Below, piece after piece: positions 61,602 through 64,000 of a stretch of DNA of 64,000 nucleotides. A model generated the notes under the pieces. It was not told the origin of the DNA. It saw nothing but the letters and a program-made list of their open reading frames with translations, and searched no databases. Origin of the DNA: Lepidodermella squamata (lineage: Eukaryota > Animalia > Gastrotricha); the NCBI GenBank assembly GCA_047495785.1, contig JBLDXI010000055.1, positions 248,001 through 312,000 of the forward strand, read 5' to 3'. The position numbers and the translations under genes are program-made. Positions within the stretch are counted from its first letter, which is position 1. Each line of letters begins with the position of its first letter.

Positions 61602-64000
61602 ATGAGGCAAGCAGCGCTGATCGTGCTTGTTTTCGCCTCTATTGCGGCCCAAGTTCGAGGTCAGGTTCCTCCACCGGCTTGTAAATTGAATGACGGCTAT
61701 GAGTTCGACAAGAATGCTCCGAAGTTCAACGCGTAAATTTCAGAACTCCAAAAAACAGGCTGTTTGCTAATCTTTTTGTCGATTTTATTCAGTGAGAACG
61801 GGTATGAAGTTTTCCTACAGGTTCCGGTTTATGCCGATGTAGTGAAAAGCCTCGGCAACAACTTTAACGGAATCACGACTGAAACGTTCTTCGTCCGAGC
61901 CTTGCAAAACAGCGATGGACGTAAGAAGACTGCCAGCTAAAAATGAAAAATTATTCAATAATTTTTATTGCACGAAACAGGCGGCGTTGCATACATCTCT
62001 TTCCAACACAAGATGATCTCGCTGTCCTACGACAAGGTCGCTAATGAATCGATCCTCATCGACTACCAATTCCGAACATGCGATGTTCAGCGCATGTATA
62101 TGGAAGATGCGCATAGCAGTGGCTATTTCCACGGCACCGACCGGCCTATTTTCGTCCCATTCCCTGAAAATTTGGCCGATTTGACCCAATTTAAGATCAA
62201 GAAGCTGAACAATCGATGTAAGCTACCCGATATCATTATTTTTATTGCTGTATTGATGTTTGGTTATTTTCCAAAGCGCGCTACCGAGGATTCGGAAATG
62301 TTGACGTGTATGAAACCTGCTTCGATGTTCGTCCGATTGCTTTGCGTGTTCTGAAGGAGATCGCGAGCAACGCGAAACCGCCAATACCACCTGATGTACT
62401 GGAAGGTTTGCTGCCTAATCCTTCGCCAGTTCGTCTCCGCTGGATTCTGGCTGACCCCAACTGGGAAATGGAAGATGGCCGCGATACCAGCGCCAGCGTT
62501 CCTCTTGCCATTGAAGCCGAATTAGCTGTTGGCGTTCCGATCGTCTTCCCTCGCCTCGTTGTCAACGCTACAATCAACTTCGCCAACTTCCACAGCCACT
62601 ACCCAGAGGTCGACAGCCAGACGGAAGACTTGATGGAACCGCCACCAGGTGTGCACTGCCCGAATCGCTTCTATCGCGAAGGTGCTGAGCGTAAATTGCC
62701 GAAATGGCCGCGCAAGTTCCACATGAAGTCCGAGGCTGTTGTTGTCGAAGACGAGAAGAACGTCGTCTTTGATTCGTCCGATTACTACGACTATGACAGC
62801 AAACGCTTCCGTTTCGACATCCGCGTTCAACGCCCGAATAAACAAGGCTCAGAGGTCTACGAAATTCTCCACGACTACGTTAACAGTGAGTTGTTTGAAG
62901 CTTTAAATTGGTATTAAACATGATTTTTTTTCATTTAAAGATCTTGTCTACACCATCGACCGAACTGAACGCACCTGCAAGAAGAGGAACTTGGACGAAT
63001 ACAAGGGTGATTTCCAGTTTGACGACAAGCCAATCACTCATTTGCTCCTTCGTCCTTACGATTTGCTTCAAATCGAGGACATGGCTACGACCTACATTGG
63101 AAAGGTATCTAGAGAATCTTTGCTTTAGAATTTCATGAATTTGCATGATTTTACTTAGAAACCTTGCCGGGGTATGGGATGCCATTACTGGTCGGGGCAG
63201 AAAGATCTCGAAATCAAGACAAAGGATGGCAACCCAACATACGGTGTTTTCGGCATTTGGGCGACTCGTCGCAGCTGGAGCTCCAACTTAACGGTCGATG
63301 TACCTGAAGAAGAAGCTGTCTACCATATTGTCAAAATCGAAACTATCATCTATGAGAACCGAGGTGGCTGGAGTGTTGTAAGTTTTTCCTGATCATTTAA
63401 ATCATTTTCATCTTATGGCTGTTATAGGATAAGTACGTCGGTCGAACGAATCTGGAAATCTACGATTACCAAGAGCTGACCGCTAAGAAGGACATTTTCT
63501 TCCTGGTAATACGCCATAATTGTATTTGAGATAGTCCTTTAAATTTTTGATTAAAGGCACCAAATGAGGCATTCTGCGGCTACGAGCTCGACCCAGTAAG
63601 GAACCCTGATATTCCTGACCGCTTCCATTTCCGTGGCGAGTACAACTGGGATGCGCAAAACATGTCATTCCCAATCTACGTCAGTTGTTTTTACGAAATT
63701 TCTCAAGTTTCAATAAGTTATCATAAAATTTAATTTCAGATGAACTACGATGCTGAATGGAACGTCATCCGTTTCGACTATGTGCCGGCTACCCCCAATG
63801 ACAGTCCGACAAGCTTCAAGCAAAGCGTTGTTTTTGATCTCAGATCAAGTAAATTCATTGAAAATTCGAGTTTCTCCTTGCTTATTCCCAATATTTTCGT
63901 CCAGATACTATGTACACTGTCGATCGAGTTTTGGGAACATGTAAAGCTGATACTATTCCAGCTGGTTATGCTGGTGAAGACATTGATCCACTGCGACTTG
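61602..64000 (+). CDS. Paralogue 3 of the ependymin/LolA-like membrane family; tandem duplicate, runs off the window end
   Basis: Signal peptide MRQAALIVLVFASIAAQVRG. Shares PPAC, VPFPENLADLTQF, DPNWEMEDG, NFHSHYPE, PPGVHC, CRGMGCHYW and YAGEDIDPL with paralogue 2. Confidence 0.82.

Overview
This is eukaryotic (animal, probably a compact-genome invertebrate) nuclear DNA. It is gene-dense, and most introns are only about 50-60 nt, so the ORF track fragments nearly every gene. I reconstructed about 17 protein-coding genes by hand: cathepsin L, a small secreted propeptide gene missing from the ORF track, an orphan type I membrane protein, BCKDHB, fibrillarin, afadin/canoe, Rab27, an SLC36 transporter, DARS2, a damaged DRAM-like gene, SLC25A44, VTA1, nanos, moonraker/KIAA0753-like, USP6NL/RN-tre-like, and three paralogues of an uncharacterised family. 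That family has a signal peptide, tandem ependymin/LolA-like repeats, an SEA-like domain and a TM helix. A MITE and a tRNA-derived SINE sit at 30.5-31.9 kb. The best candidate for an undescribed system is this membrane-anchored ependymin/LolA-like family: all three genes, and cathepsin L, have dense upstream GATA-site clusters. Other leads are operon-like gene pairs with splice acceptors just before the ATG, a nanos whose second finger has retroviral zinc-knuckle spacing, duplicated alternative first exons in USP6NL, and afadin microexons. All family assignments come from recalled motifs; no database search was run.
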